DNA of 63,170 nt, counting the filler, from Octopus bimaculoides (Eukaryota), in assembly GCF_001194135.2 (NCBI RefSeq). It is 6 parts of 6 records of this genome, joined end to end, with 100 filler letters (N's around TTAATTAATTAA, not from the genome) between each part and the next. Parts side by side here need not be neighbours in the genome. Positions count along the whole stretch, not along the records: positions 47,529 to 60,229 come from NC_069008.1; positions 60,330 to 63,170 come from NC_069003.1; 4 more parts are not named here. One strand, given 5' to 3'. The position numbers and the translations under genes are program-made. Below the pieces are notes generated by a model. It worked only from the letters and a program-made list of their open reading frames with translations. It had not been told where the DNA came from and ran no database searches. Shown here piece by piece: positions 52,317 to 63,028 of the stretch. How positions within the stretch are numbered: the first letter of the stretch is position 1; each line of letters opens with the position of its first letter.

Positions 52317-52591
52317 GCTGTGAAGTTAAGAAGTTTGTTTTGTAACCACATGGTTTGAGGTTCAGTCTCAACACACAGCACCTTGCGCATGTCTTCTATA
52401 GCTCTTGGCCAACCAATGCCCTGTAAATGAAACTGTGGGGAAGCCCATTGTGTGTGTCTACCAAATCCACTCAGAAGTCTTTGGTCAGCGAGAGGCTATA
52501 GTAGAAGATACTTGTCCAAGGTGCCATGCAGTGGCACTGAACCCAGAGCCATGTCATTGGGAAGTAAGCTTCTTACCACACGGCCACACCT
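52317..52591. mobile_element. Two adjacent SINE A 5' halves in inverted orientation
   Basis: Plus copy 52317-52457 and minus copy 52458-52591. Confidence 0.7.
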
Positions 52592-52599
52592 AAGTCAGA

Positions 52600-52745
52600 T
52601 ACATCAGTCCCAGCACTCAACTGGTGACTTATGAAAGGATGAAAAGCAAAGCCATCCTTGGCAGGATTTGAACTCAGAGACCAAAGATATGCTGCCAAAC
52701 AATTTTTCCTATACTCTAATGATTCTCCAGCTCACAGCCTTACTG
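52600..52745 (-). mobile_element. Degenerate SINE family B copy with CpG decay
   Basis: GAAAGGATGAAAAGCAAAGCCATCCTTGGCAGGATTTGAACTCAG vs B consensus GAAAGGATGAAAGGCAAAGTCGACCTCGGCGGAATTTGAACTCAG. Confidence 0.55.
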
Positions 52746-52934
52746 TAGTTTAATATATTAGAAAATCTAAAGGTAAAGCCAAAGTCCACAAACAAGTAGA
52801 CTTAACAGAATTTTAATATGTTAAAGAGTAAAGTTCATTTATAAGGTAAATGTTTTTACCCACAGTTTAATTAAATAGAAATGTAAAATTTGCATTGTTG
52901 ATTCACTACTTTAAGTATCCTTTATATTTTATGC

Positions 52935-52947
52935 TTTACTGTTTCAG
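52935..52947 (+). promoter_or_regulatory. Likely 3' splice acceptor of the ZNF coding exon
   Basis: T-rich tract then TTTACTGTTTCAG|A, 311 nt upstream of the ATG. In-frame TAA at 53223-53225 means the intervening part is 5' UTR. Confidence 0.5.
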
Positions 52948-53258
52948 AATATCTGATGACACATAATATGTTTACATCAGACGCTTCAACAATATTTATG
53001 AAAATCTTTTAAAGAGTAGATGAAATGCTACACTGAACAGATATACGCCTGTTTATAGTTGAATAACCACCTGGAATCTGCAGAAATAATTTACATTTGC
53101 ATATTAAGCTTGGATAAAAGTATATATAAAGGATTTTCAGAATTTTCTGATATTCAACAAAGATTACTGTTAATGAAAATGTAGGAGTAAAGATATTTGT
53201 TAGAAACATTAATGCAAACACATAAAATATATACTCCTGTGGTGGAAGGAGAGAAATT

Positions 53259-54374
53259 ATGGCGAGTAAATCAATTGTGAACAAGGCTAAATGTAAAACA
53301 CAGTCTAAAAGGATTGATTTTCTTGATGGAAAACTGAAAGAGAAAGGGAAAACACCATATCACTGTGATATTTGTGATAAATCATTCTCTAGAAGCAAAA
53401 ACTTTACTAAACACAAACAAAGTCATACAGGAGAGAAGCCATATCACTGTGATATCTGTGGGAAATCATTCTCTAGAAGTAATAACTTAACTATACACAT
53501 ACGTATCCATACAGGAGAGAAGCCATATAACTGTGATATCTGTAGTAAGTCATTTTTTCAAAGAGGTCACTTAACTAAACATCTAAATGCTCATACAAGA
53601 AAAGAGCCATATGACTGTCATATCTGTGGTCAATCATTCTATCAAAAAGGTCAGCTAACTAAACACATGCATATTCACACGGGAGAGAAACCATATTATT
53701 GTGATGTCTGTAGTAAATCATTTGCTGAATTCAGTGACTTAACTAAACACAAACGTATTCACACAGGTGAGAAACCATATCAGTGTAATATCTGTGGTAT
53801 ATCATTTTCTCAAACAGGTCACTTAACTACTCACAAACGTATTCATACAGGAGACAAACCATACAGCTGTGAGATTTGTGGTAAATCATTCTCTCAGAAA
53901 AGTCACTTAACTATGCATAAATATATTCACACAGGAGGAAAACCATTTCACTGTGATATCTGCAATAAAACATTCTCTCAAAATAGTGATGTAACTCGAC
54001 ACAAACGTATTCATACAGGTGAGAAACCATATCATTGTGATATCTGTGGTAAATCATTCTCGGGATGTTTTGAATTAAATAGACACAAACGTATTCATAC
54101 AGGTGAGAAACCATATCACTGTTATATCTGTGGTAAATCATTCGCTCAAAGTCACCAGTTAACTGATCACAAACGTATTCATACTGGAGAGAAACCATAT
54201 CACTGTGATATTTGTGGTAAATCATTCTCACAAAGTAGTGTCTTAACTTCTCACAAACGTATTCACTCAGGAGAGAAGCCATATCACTGTGATATCTGCA
54301 GTAAGTCATTCTGTCAAAGTGGAGAATTAACTAGACACAAGCGTATTCATACAGGGAGAGAAAACACTCACTGA
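53259..54374 (+). CDS. C2H2 zinc-finger protein, 371 aa, 12 tandem fingers, no effector domain
   Basis: Uninterrupted ORF with 12 CxxC-x12-HxxxH fingers joined mostly by TGEKPY linkers. ATG in ATTATGG context with an upstream in-frame stop. About 35 aa of basic N-terminus only. Confidence 0.93.
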   Translation: MASKSIVNKAKCKTQSKRIDFLDGKLKEKGKTPYHCDICDKSFSRSKNFTKHKQSHTGEKPYHCDICGKSFSRSNNLTIHIRIHTGEKPYNCDICSKSFFQRGHLTKHLNAHTRKEPYDCHICGQSFYQKGQLTKHMHIHTGEKPYYCDVCSKSFAEFSDLTKHKRIHTGEKPYQCNICGISFSQTGHLTTHKRIHTGDKPYSCEICGKSFSQKSHLTMHKYIHTGGKPFHCDICNKTFSQNSDVTRHKRIHTGEKPYHCDICGKSFSGCFELNRHKRIHTGEKPYHCYICGKSFAQSHQLTDHKRIHTGEKPYHCDICGKSFSQSSVLTSHKRIHSGEKPYHCDICSKSFCQSGELTRHKRIHTGRENTH

Positions 54375-54500
54375 TTTCTATAGTGAAACAGGAATAACTT
54401 ACTTAAACACTTATTCATACAGAAGAGACCCTATCTTTGTGATAGCTGTGCTAAAATTGTTTTGTCAAAAACGTCTCAAAGTTTGTATACACACAAGTGT
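54375..54500 (+). pseudogene. Vestigial additional zinc-finger sequence in the 3' UTR
   Basis: After a frameshift in the last linker (ACAGGGAGAGAAAAC), remnants read TATTCATACAGAAGAGACCCTATCTTTGTGATAGCTGTGCTAAA (about IHTEE.PYLCDSCAK). Confidence 0.5.
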
Positions 54501-54620
54501 AACCATTGCAATATGAAAATTCTTTCTCTTACATAACAAGTGTAATTACATAGGAAAAAGATATAACAGTGTAGTAACAACCTCCCAATATCTTTTTCAT
54601 AACCATATCTATATCTATAA

Positions 54621-54958
54621 TGGCACAAGGTTCAGTGATTAGAGCATTGGGCTCACAATCATGAGGTAGTGAGTTTGATTCTCAAACTAGGCTGTGCGCT
54701 GTGTTCTTGAGCAAGACACTTTATTTCATGTTGCTCCAGTTCACTCAGCTGTAGAAATGAGATGCAACGTCACTGGTGCCAAGCTGTATCGGCTTTTGCC
54801 TTTCCCTTGGATAACATCAGTGGTATAGAGAGGGGGAAGCTGATATGCATGAGCAACTGTTAGCCTTCCATGGAAAACCTTGCCCAGATTCATGCCTAAG
54901 ATGGGAACTTTCTAGGTGCAATACCACGGTCATTCATGACCGAAGTGGGGTCTTTACT
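54621..54958 (+). mobile_element. SINE family C in the putative ZNF 3' UTR
   Basis: tRNA-like head (GGTTCAGTGATTAGAGCATTGG..GAGTTTGATTCTC) then the core-like block TGTGTTCTTGAGCAAGACACTTTATTTCATGTTGCTCCAGTTCACTCAGCTGT. Confidence 0.8.
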
Positions 54959-55005
54959 TTTTGTCTCTATCTACTCCCATGAGAAAACTTCACACTGATA
55001 TTTTT

Positions 55006-55011
55006 AATAAA
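55006..55011 (+). terminator. Candidate polyadenylation signal of the ZNF gene
   Basis: AATAAA followed about 30 nt later by GT-rich GTGTTTTTGTCTTTGGT. Confidence 0.45.
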
Positions 55012-55318
55012 AACATTCCCTTAGAATAGTCATTTATACTGTGTTTTTGTCTTTGGTATGCAAGATTCTTGATGTGAAGCCATGTGCTGAAACTAATTTT
55101 GTTGTATCTTGGGAGGGTCATAATGCCAATAATAAAGTCATAAGCAGGTTCTGTTTTACTTCCATTGTTATTACTAGACCTTTACCCATCACTGCACCGC
55201 TGGTAAAAAGATTTGTTCATCATGCACATACCTTCTTTTAATAGTAGACTGTTATATAGTGAAAGTCTCATTAGCTATTATGGTGACAACAGTCTACCTA
55301 TTTATCTTTCACACACAT

Positions 55319-55354
<36 letters not shown>

Positions 55355-55639
55355 TTTCTCTTTGTATTTCTCTCTCAGCAACAATAACAACCTGTCATTA
55401 ACAGTCATCCAATTAATTAATCAACTGTTTTATTAATCGTTTGGTTTGTCAATCAGCAAAGCTTGCCAGTCTTTTTGTTGCCATTCACAACCTTATTATT
55501 AACATGCTCTCTCCATCCTTGTAATATATTTGCAGAGGGATGAAAATACTATTTTTATTTGAAAATGTAGGTAAATGTTATGCAAATGTATTTTCATAAA
55601 TCTGGGATCATATTTTTCGTATAGTGTCAGTATCACATA

Positions 55640-56490
55640 GAAAGCACCTGTGCTGACCCCATGTATAGAGCATCTGTGCCAGTGCCACGTAAAAAGCACC
55701 TGTCACACACTGTAAAGTGGTTGGCATTAGGAAGGGCATCCAATCAGAGAAACCAAGCCAAAAGAGACAATTGGAGCATGAATATCTCTCCAGCTGGCCA
55801 ACCCATGTCAACCAAAGCCATGTGAGTAGATTTGGTAGACCAAAACTAAAAGAAGCCTCATGCCAGTCAGGCAGCACTGACATCGGCCACAACTACGATT
55901 TACATTTTAATCGAAATCAATATAGAAATCGTAGTTGTGGCCGATGCCAGTGCTGCCTGACTGGCACCTGTGCTGGTGGCACGTAATAAGCACCATTCAG
56001 GCATGAGTTGATGCCAGTGCCACCTGACTGGCTCCCCATGCCAGTGCCATGTAAAAAGCCCCATCCGGACATGGTCGATGCCAGTGCCCCCGCACTCCTC
56101 GACTGGCTCCTGTGCTGGTGGCACATAAAAAGCACTCATTGCACTCTCAGAGTGGTTGGCATTAGGAAGGGCAGCCTGCTGGCTTGCCAGACCTCAGTCA
56201 AACCGTCTAACCCATACCAGCATGGAAAACGGATGTTAAACGGTGATGATAATATGTGTATGTATGTGAGTGTTTGTGTTTGTCCCCCTCCCCACATCAT
56301 CGCTTGACAACTAGTGTTGGTATGTTTATGTCCCATGACTTAGTGGTTTCGTAAAAGAGACCAATATGATAAGTACCAGGACTTAAAGAATAAGTCCTGG
56401 GTGGTGAACTGTTTGACAAAAACACTTCAAGACGGTGCTCTAGCATGGCCACAGTCAAACGACTGAAACAAATCAAAGAAAAAGAGAATG
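55640..56490 (+). mobile_element. Composite: E fragment, SINE A 5' piece (55805-55860), element E (55861-56255), SINE A 3' half (56260-56490)
   Basis: CAACCAAAGCCATGTGAGTAGATTTGGTAGACCAAAACTAAAAGAAGCC (A); E ending GGATGTTAAACGGTGATGATAAT; A tail GACGGTGCTCTAGCATGGCCACAGTCAAACGACTGAAAC. Confidence 0.8.
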
Positions 56491-56591
56491 ATACACAATC
56501 TGTGTAAAAAATATTTCGTCAAATTGTAATTGTATCGGCACACAATATCATATGTATTCTGGATGTTAAACGCATGTTAATATTATTTGGG

Positions 56592-56964
56592 TGGAAGCAC
56601 AATGGCCCAGTGGTTAGGGCAGCGGACTCGCGGTTTCGATTCCCAGACCGAGCGTTGTGAGTGTTTATTGAGCGAAAACACCTAAAAAGCTCTTCGAGGC
56701 TCCGGCAGGGGATGGTGGCGAACCCTGCTGTACTCTTTCACCACGACTTTCTCTCACTCTTACTTCCTGTTTCTGTTGTGCCTGTAATTCAAAGGGTCAG
56801 CCTTGTCACACTCTGTGTCACGCTGAATATCCCCGAGAACTACGTTAAGGGTACACGTGTTTGTGGAGTGCTCAGCCACTTGCACGTTAATTTCACGAGC
56901 AGGCTGTTCCGTTAATCGGATGAACTGGGACCCTCGACATCGTAAGCGACGGAGTGCCAACAAC
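56592..56964 (+). mobile_element. SINE family D, full length with target-site duplication
   Basis: AATATTATTTGGG at 56579-56591 and 56965-56977; tRNA-like head; tail GACGGAGTGCCAACAAC; CpGs retained. Confidence 0.92.
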
Positions 56965-57737
56965 AATATTATTTGGGCTGAAATTTATTGTAAATATTGC
57001 TGAATATCTCTTGTGAGATTTTAAAAAATTGTAATTTTTTAATTTATAGATCAGGGACTAATTGTCACTTTGAAAACTCTATATTTCAAACTGGAATTTG
57101 GCAGCACCACCTCTGGCTGAACAATTATACTGTGCTGATGAGAAATAACCCAGAAATCGCGATACACAGATATTGTTTTGTGCTGAGTGGGGGTGCTAGA
57201 TTCCCTTGTTTGAAAATATAAGGACACAGATTGTATCGTATAGCCAGCTGGAGATGATGTCTCCTGGGGCTAAATTACAGCAACATTCATCCTAAACCAG
57301 GACTGCCATGTTATGCTGGCAAACAATCTTTACTCCAAAGAACTGTTGCTGAATATCTCTCTTTGTGAGATTTTTAAAAAATATTAATTTTATAATAAAT
57401 AAGTTAGTTGTAAATAAATTTCTCCTTAAGAGAATCATTCTGTTGTTGGTAAGCGTCTTATTTCGATGCTCTGTATATCTCTAGATTGTTAGCCAGTACT
57501 AACAGATATAGGCACTTACCATCATCATCATCATCATCATCAAAGTTTTTATGCCCAGTTTTCTGATTGAAGCCCTTCCTGTTGCCAACCCTTGCCTGTT
57601 TCTAAGAAAGGTAATGATATGTCCCCATGGCCAGCCATGTTTTCACAAGATATTAAAATGTATGACCGTGACAAACATTTACAACTATCACACAGACGCA
57701 AGCATGTCTACACATACACACACCTATCTATCTCTGC

Positions 57738-57985
57738 GAGGCCTTGTGGCCCAGTGGTTAGGCTGTCACAATTACTAGGTCATGGGTTCGATTCCCTGAC
57801 TGGGCAGTGCATTGTGTTCTTGAGCAAAACACTCCATTTCACGGTGATTCAGGGGCAATGTTGGCCAGCGGGGCTAAATGTTGGCCAGCGGGGCAATGTT
57901 TCCCAGCCAGCGGGGTGGCGTCATTTGAAGGCTAAAACAATGCAAAAAGCACATTGTCACCAGTGATGTGTAACAACACTTGAGA
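57738..57985 (+). mobile_element. SINE related to family C (same head and core, different 3' part)
   Basis: GTGGCCCAGTGGTTAGG..GGGTTCGATTCCCTG..TGTGTTCTTGAGCAAAACACT; short internal GGGGCAATGTTGGCCAGC repeats. Confidence 0.65.
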
Positions 57986-58467
57986 GCCTGGTTGGTCACG
58001 TGAAAATTATCACATTAGACATTACTGTGGAAAAAAGTTGACTTGGAATCCAACAGAGAAAAGAATATTGATTGTTAAACACAAACTATCCAGATATTTT
58101 ATTGGCAACCTCAATTATAAACAGGTCAAAGATGAAGAAAAATTTCTTGAAGAAGAGTACTTGTCATCTGACTGTGTTTCAAACTCTCTCAGCTTCCAAG
58201 ACAGTAACTACACTGACCAATTTTTACTCCTGAAAATGTATCAATGCAAAATGATTCAATGCTTGCAATGTAGTGGTTTCAAACAGGGAGGGAGAAAATA
58301 GCAAGAAATCAGAGATTACTCACCCACCCCCTCACATATATATATATATATATATATANNNNNNNNNNTACTGAATAAGTGTCACATATTTTTACAGATA
58401 AATTCCTCTATTTGCATAATATCGAGGTCTCTTTCTTTCTTTTGTTGTCCTTCCTGTCAAATATATT

Positions 58468-58511
<44 letters not shown>

Positions 58512-59389
58512 TGTGTATATGTGCATGCATATACATATATATATTATGGATAAAGGCATATGTGCATAGAACCTTTACATATATACATGTGTATTGCATG
58601 TGAGAGAGAGAGAGAAAGAAAGTGTGTGCATGCAGGAAATTTTAACGTACCAAATATCTGATGACTAGTGTCAAGTGACAATCATCTTCACCTTGTTTTT
58701 GATGTTTGTAGAGTTGTTTTAAGCTAACATGCAGTTTACTATCATAAAAAAAGTGTAAATAATTTTTTTTTTAAAAACCATAAAAGTAAATTGCAGTAGC
58801 AACCAGAAATGATGACAGTGACAACCAAAGGGAGGGTTTCCTGTGTGGCTGCAGCAAATTCTACACTGAGAAAGTTCTGAACCATTCAGACTATTGAAGG
58901 ACAATGGATGCTCATCGTGAATATACTCAGACAGCAATGTGAGGATTTATTTACATCATATCTTCATGAACATGTGTGATGAAACAAATTTAGAGTCCAT
59001 AAGAATTTAGTCATGAGTTTCATTTCATGCATCAATAACTATTAGCTTTTTCTCTAAATGCGATTGTTTCCATCATATATCAATGTATGTATGGTATTCA
59101 TTTTATATGAAATAAATGTAAGTTATGTCAGTGTTGTCACTTTTGGTTTCTCTGCCATTTGCTTTCATTTCTTTTACAACAGCAAACTGCATGTGAATCT
59201 TGTTTTATGCACGTTTGAGTTCTTAAATAAATACCATCGATGACATACTGGATGGTACCATAACATAGTTACAAGGTGGTCAGTCTTGTTCTTGTACCCA
59301 TAGGAACTCTTAACCAAACAGTTTCAGAAGAGGAAATTTGGGGATTCCAACCAGAAACACACCTTACTGTCAATAGACTCACACATTGT

Positions 59390-59722
59390 AGCGTTGCCTT
59401 CTAGCACTTGTGCTGGCAGCACGCTATAAAATCATTCGAGCGAAATCATTACCAGTGCCACTGGACTGGCTCCCATGCTGGTGGCACGTAAAAACACCTT
59501 TTTGAGTGTAGCCGATGCCAGTACCGTGTGACTGGCCCTCGTGCCAGTGGCACGTAAAATCACCCACTACACTCTTGGAATGGTTGGCATTAGGAAGGGC
59601 ATCCAGCTGTAGAAACTCTGCCAGATCAGATTGGAGCATGGTGCAGCCTTCTGGCTTTCCAGTCCTCAGTCAAATCATCCAACCCTTGCTAGCACGGAAA
59701 GCGGACGTTAAATGAACGAACG
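59390..59722 (+). mobile_element. Element E copy 3
   Basis: GGCATTAGGAAGGGCATCCAGCTGTAGAAACTCTGCCAGATCAGATTGGAGC..GCACGGAAAGCGGACGTTAAA. Confidence 0.75.
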
Positions 59723-59884
59723 AATTAGGTGACATTAAATTATAAAGATGATGAACAGAACTACTGCTTCCTCTAAATATAGTCAAATCTGTATCATGAG
59801 AATGTAGATATATACATTGTGAATTTTGATAAATGATAACTTTGTTGTTATTAAAATAATTGAGCATCTATACAAGATATTTCT

Positions 59885-60100
59885 GTCAGGGGGTGCTGAA
59901 ATGTTCCTAGCTTTAAGGGTATCACAAAAGGCCTGGTTAAAGTCCCAACCATCCAAGATCTTTTACAGGGATTAGAAAAACTGATAGACTACTTCAATGA
60001 GTGTATGAATCTGAGAGGGGAATATGTTGAATAAAATAATGAACTGATCCTACTATATTTTCTTTTACTCAAAGTCAAGAACTTTTCAGCACCCCCTTGT
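59885..60100 (+). mobile_element. Internally deleted mariner (MITE)
   Basis: TIRs AGGGGGTGCTGAAATGTTCCT / AGAACTTTTCAGCACCCCCTT. Inside, EKLIDYFNECMNLRGEYVE* resembles the mariner transposase C-terminus. Confidence 0.7.
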
Positions 60101-60101
60101 G

Positions 60102-60140
<39 letters not shown>

Positions 60141-60354
60141 GGTTGGCCAAAATTCACCTGACAGTAAATCAAAACCCATTTAATTAAAAGATTAAAATAA
60201 AAAACTATTTTATATGAGACTTCACGAATNNNNNNNNNNNNNNNNNNNNNNNNNNNNNNNNNNNNNNNNNNNNTTAATTAATTAANNNNNNNNNNNNNNN
60301 NNNNNNNNNNNNNNNNNNNNNNNNNNNNNAAAACATGAAATAAAATCTTACAAT

Positions 60355-60374
60355 AATACTACTACTACTACTAC

Positions 60375-60439
<65 letters not shown>

Positions 60440-60442
60440 GTG

Positions 60443-60507
<65 letters not shown>
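60355..60507. repeat. (CTA)n(TAA)n microsatellite
   Basis: Direct reading. Confidence 0.95.
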
Positions 60508-60554
60508 TGCAGATGCAGCAACAACAAACAAATAATAAGAAGTAATAGTATCAA

Positions 60555-60735
60555 ATTTTGGAACAAGGCCTTAGCTATAACAATTGTTTCAAATTTTTGC
60601 AGGGGGCCAGCAGCTTCAGAAGGGATATAGAAATCAGTTACATCAGCCCCAGTATTCAATTGGTATTTATTTTATCGATCGCGAAAGGGTAAAAGATAAA
60701 GTCGATCTCAGTAGGATTTGAACTCGGAACGTTTT
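60555..60735 (-). mobile_element. SINE family B, truncated just past its B box
   Basis: CCCCAGTATTCAATTGGTATTTATTTTATCGATCGCGAAAGGGTAAAAGATAAAGTCGATCTCAGTAGGATTTGAACTCGGAACG. Confidence 0.6.
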
Positions 60736-61054
60736 AGCACCCTCAACGCTTTTGTGCTGAGGTTGCTGACGTACTCCGTCTCCGAATGTAGAAATCGATG
60801 TCTCGTCAGGCGGTGAAGCTCCTCTGTAGAGTTTCGGTTCCTTCCACCGCAACACCAGAGCTGTTTAGGATCACTCACCGATGCAGGCGACTAAACTCCA
60901 ACACGACACTACGACGAGTTTTTTGAGTCAGATGTTGCGACTCTCAGCCAGATGTTTCTAACATCCATAATGTTCGTTCTTACTTCACCACTCGTGCTCC
61001 CTCTCGAGCTAGATGTAATGACTTGCTTCCTCAGCGGATTTCGACAATTTTCTG

Positions 61055-63026
61055 GCAACAAAAGGATGAACGGTGTTGTGTCTGAAGGATGCATAGAAAG
61101 GAATTGCTGCTGACAATTACAGACCAATTTCTTGCCTACCATTAATTAGGAAGTTACTGTCAGGAGGAATTGCAGAAGAACTGTACAAATTTCTTGATAA
61201 GAACATTATATTACCGACGGAACAAAAAGGCTATAGAAGGAGATACAGAGGTACCAAAGATCAATTATTGATAGATAAAATGGTAATGCAAAATTGTAAA
61301 CGAAGAACAAATCTGGGAATGGCCTGGATTGACAATCGCAAAGCTTATGATATGATTCCACATTCGTGGCTCATCGAGTGCTTAGATCTGTTTAGAATTG
61401 CGAGCAATGTAACGTGTTTCCTGAAGAGAAGTATGGTGCGATGGAAAACTGAACTGGCATCCTACGGGAAAAGCTTGGGCACTCCGGGCATCAAAAGAGG
61501 GATTCTCCAAGGTGATAGCTTATCTCCGTTGCTTTTTGTCTTGTACATGATCCCTCTGACATTGGTACTTAAGAAAATGAACCTGGGATATCAGCTAAAG
61601 GGAAAATCTCAAACAATCAACCACCTCTTCTTCGTGGATGATTTGAAACTGTATGGCAAAGAGGAGACAAAAGTGAGTTCCTTGATGAACGTGGCCCACT
61701 GTTTTAATACTGATATTAGAAAGAAAATTGGACTCAAGAAGTGCGACGGAATGATCTACCTAAAAAGAGGCAAAGCACAGTTCCTAGCAGGGATAGAATT
61801 ACCAAATAGGAACTTGATTAAGCACATTGAAAAGGAAGTCTACTTGGTGAACTAGAGTTCAACAGGATAATGGAGAAAGAAATAAAGGAGCAACTGAGGA
61901 TGGGATATTTCCGATGAGTAAGGTTGGTGTTGCGCTCAAAATTGAGTGGATGGAATAAAATTCAAGCAGTTAATACGTGGGCGATAGCATCACTTCGGTA
62001 TGGAGCTGGAATTATAAAATGCCAAAAGAAAGAACTGATGAAAATAGATACGAAGACAAGAAAAATGTTGACAATGCACGGAGCCTTCCACCCTAAGATG
62101 GAAACTGATAGGCCGTGCTTATTCATAAGAAAGACTGGGAGAGTTTTGATCATTTGCCAGGATTGTATCGAAGCGGAGGAAAACAGCTTGAGGTGGTATA
62201 TAAAAAAATGCCGTGGAACCATTGTTAAAACATGCGAAGGAGGCCGCGTCATTAAAACTGAGAATTGTTGAGAAAAAAAATTTTAAAAGGAAAAGAACAT
62301 TAAAAAAGAAACAGCATAGAAGTAAAAAAAAAATGTACGGCCAGTTTGCAAGAGATACAAACGCCAAGACAGATACAGAAGATCGGCGGGTATGGATGAG
62401 AAGGAGTGACCTGAAGATAGAAACAGAAGCACTCATATGTGCAGCTCAAGGACAAGCGTTAAGGACTAACTACGTGAAGTGCCGAATCGACAACACTACC
62501 GACAGCGACAAATGTCGGTATGAGCAAAGACGTGGTATGAGCAAACCTCAGAAGCAGTCACCGAGAATGAAAATTACAAAATCCTGTGGAATGCAATAAT
62601 TCAGTGCGATCATCTGACCAGACATCGAAAACCGGACATTGTTTTGGTGTATAAAAAGAAAGAACTTGCATGATAATCGACATAACATGTCCCGGTGACA
62701 ACAGTATCAAAGACAAAGAAGAAAAAATGAACACCTGTGACGATTTAGAGTGGAATATACGAAGGTTGTGGTCAATGAGGAGAGTAGACGTGGTACCAAT
62801 CGTAATTGGTGCACTTGGAAGTATTAGCACTCACCTACCAACATGGCTGAAAAAGATTGGTACAAGGGTAAAAGTAGAACACCTACAAAAATCAGCATTG
62901 CTTGGAACTGCAAGAATTCTTTGCAAGGTTCTTGAAGCATGACCAGCAAACAAGTGTCACCTTAGTCTGCTGGCTGTAGATAGCCGACACATTCCACCAT
63001 ACGTAGCAAAATAAGCTGAGTTTTCG

Positions 63027-63028
<2 letters not shown>
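61055..63028 (+). mobile_element. 5'-truncated, decayed R4/Dong-clade LINE (RT plus restriction-like endonuclease)
   Basis: [64 protein letters not shown]; ETEALICAAQGQALRTNY; RLE motifs RKPDIV..IIDITCP..VVPIVIGALG; ends LLGTARILCKVLEA* at 62942. Frameshifted. Confidence 0.9.

Noticed and set aside
53911-54309. 132-aa antisense ORF
   Set aside because: Shadow of the periodic zinc-finger codons.
56592-56645. tRNA genes at SINE heads (also 3520-3590, 54621-54690, 57738-57800)
   Set aside because: A/B-box-like heads continue into SINE bodies and do not form complete cloverleafs.
50795-56964. ZNF exon as cargo of a composite transposon or inverted segmental duplication
   Set aside because: Sequences between the mirrored repeats are unrelated, and the right D copy has its own TSD, so the insertions are independent.
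58719-58937. Minus ORF with QCRICCSHTGNPPFGCHC, RING-CH-like
   Set aside because: Ligand spacing incomplete, no second half of the domain, no clear exon boundaries.
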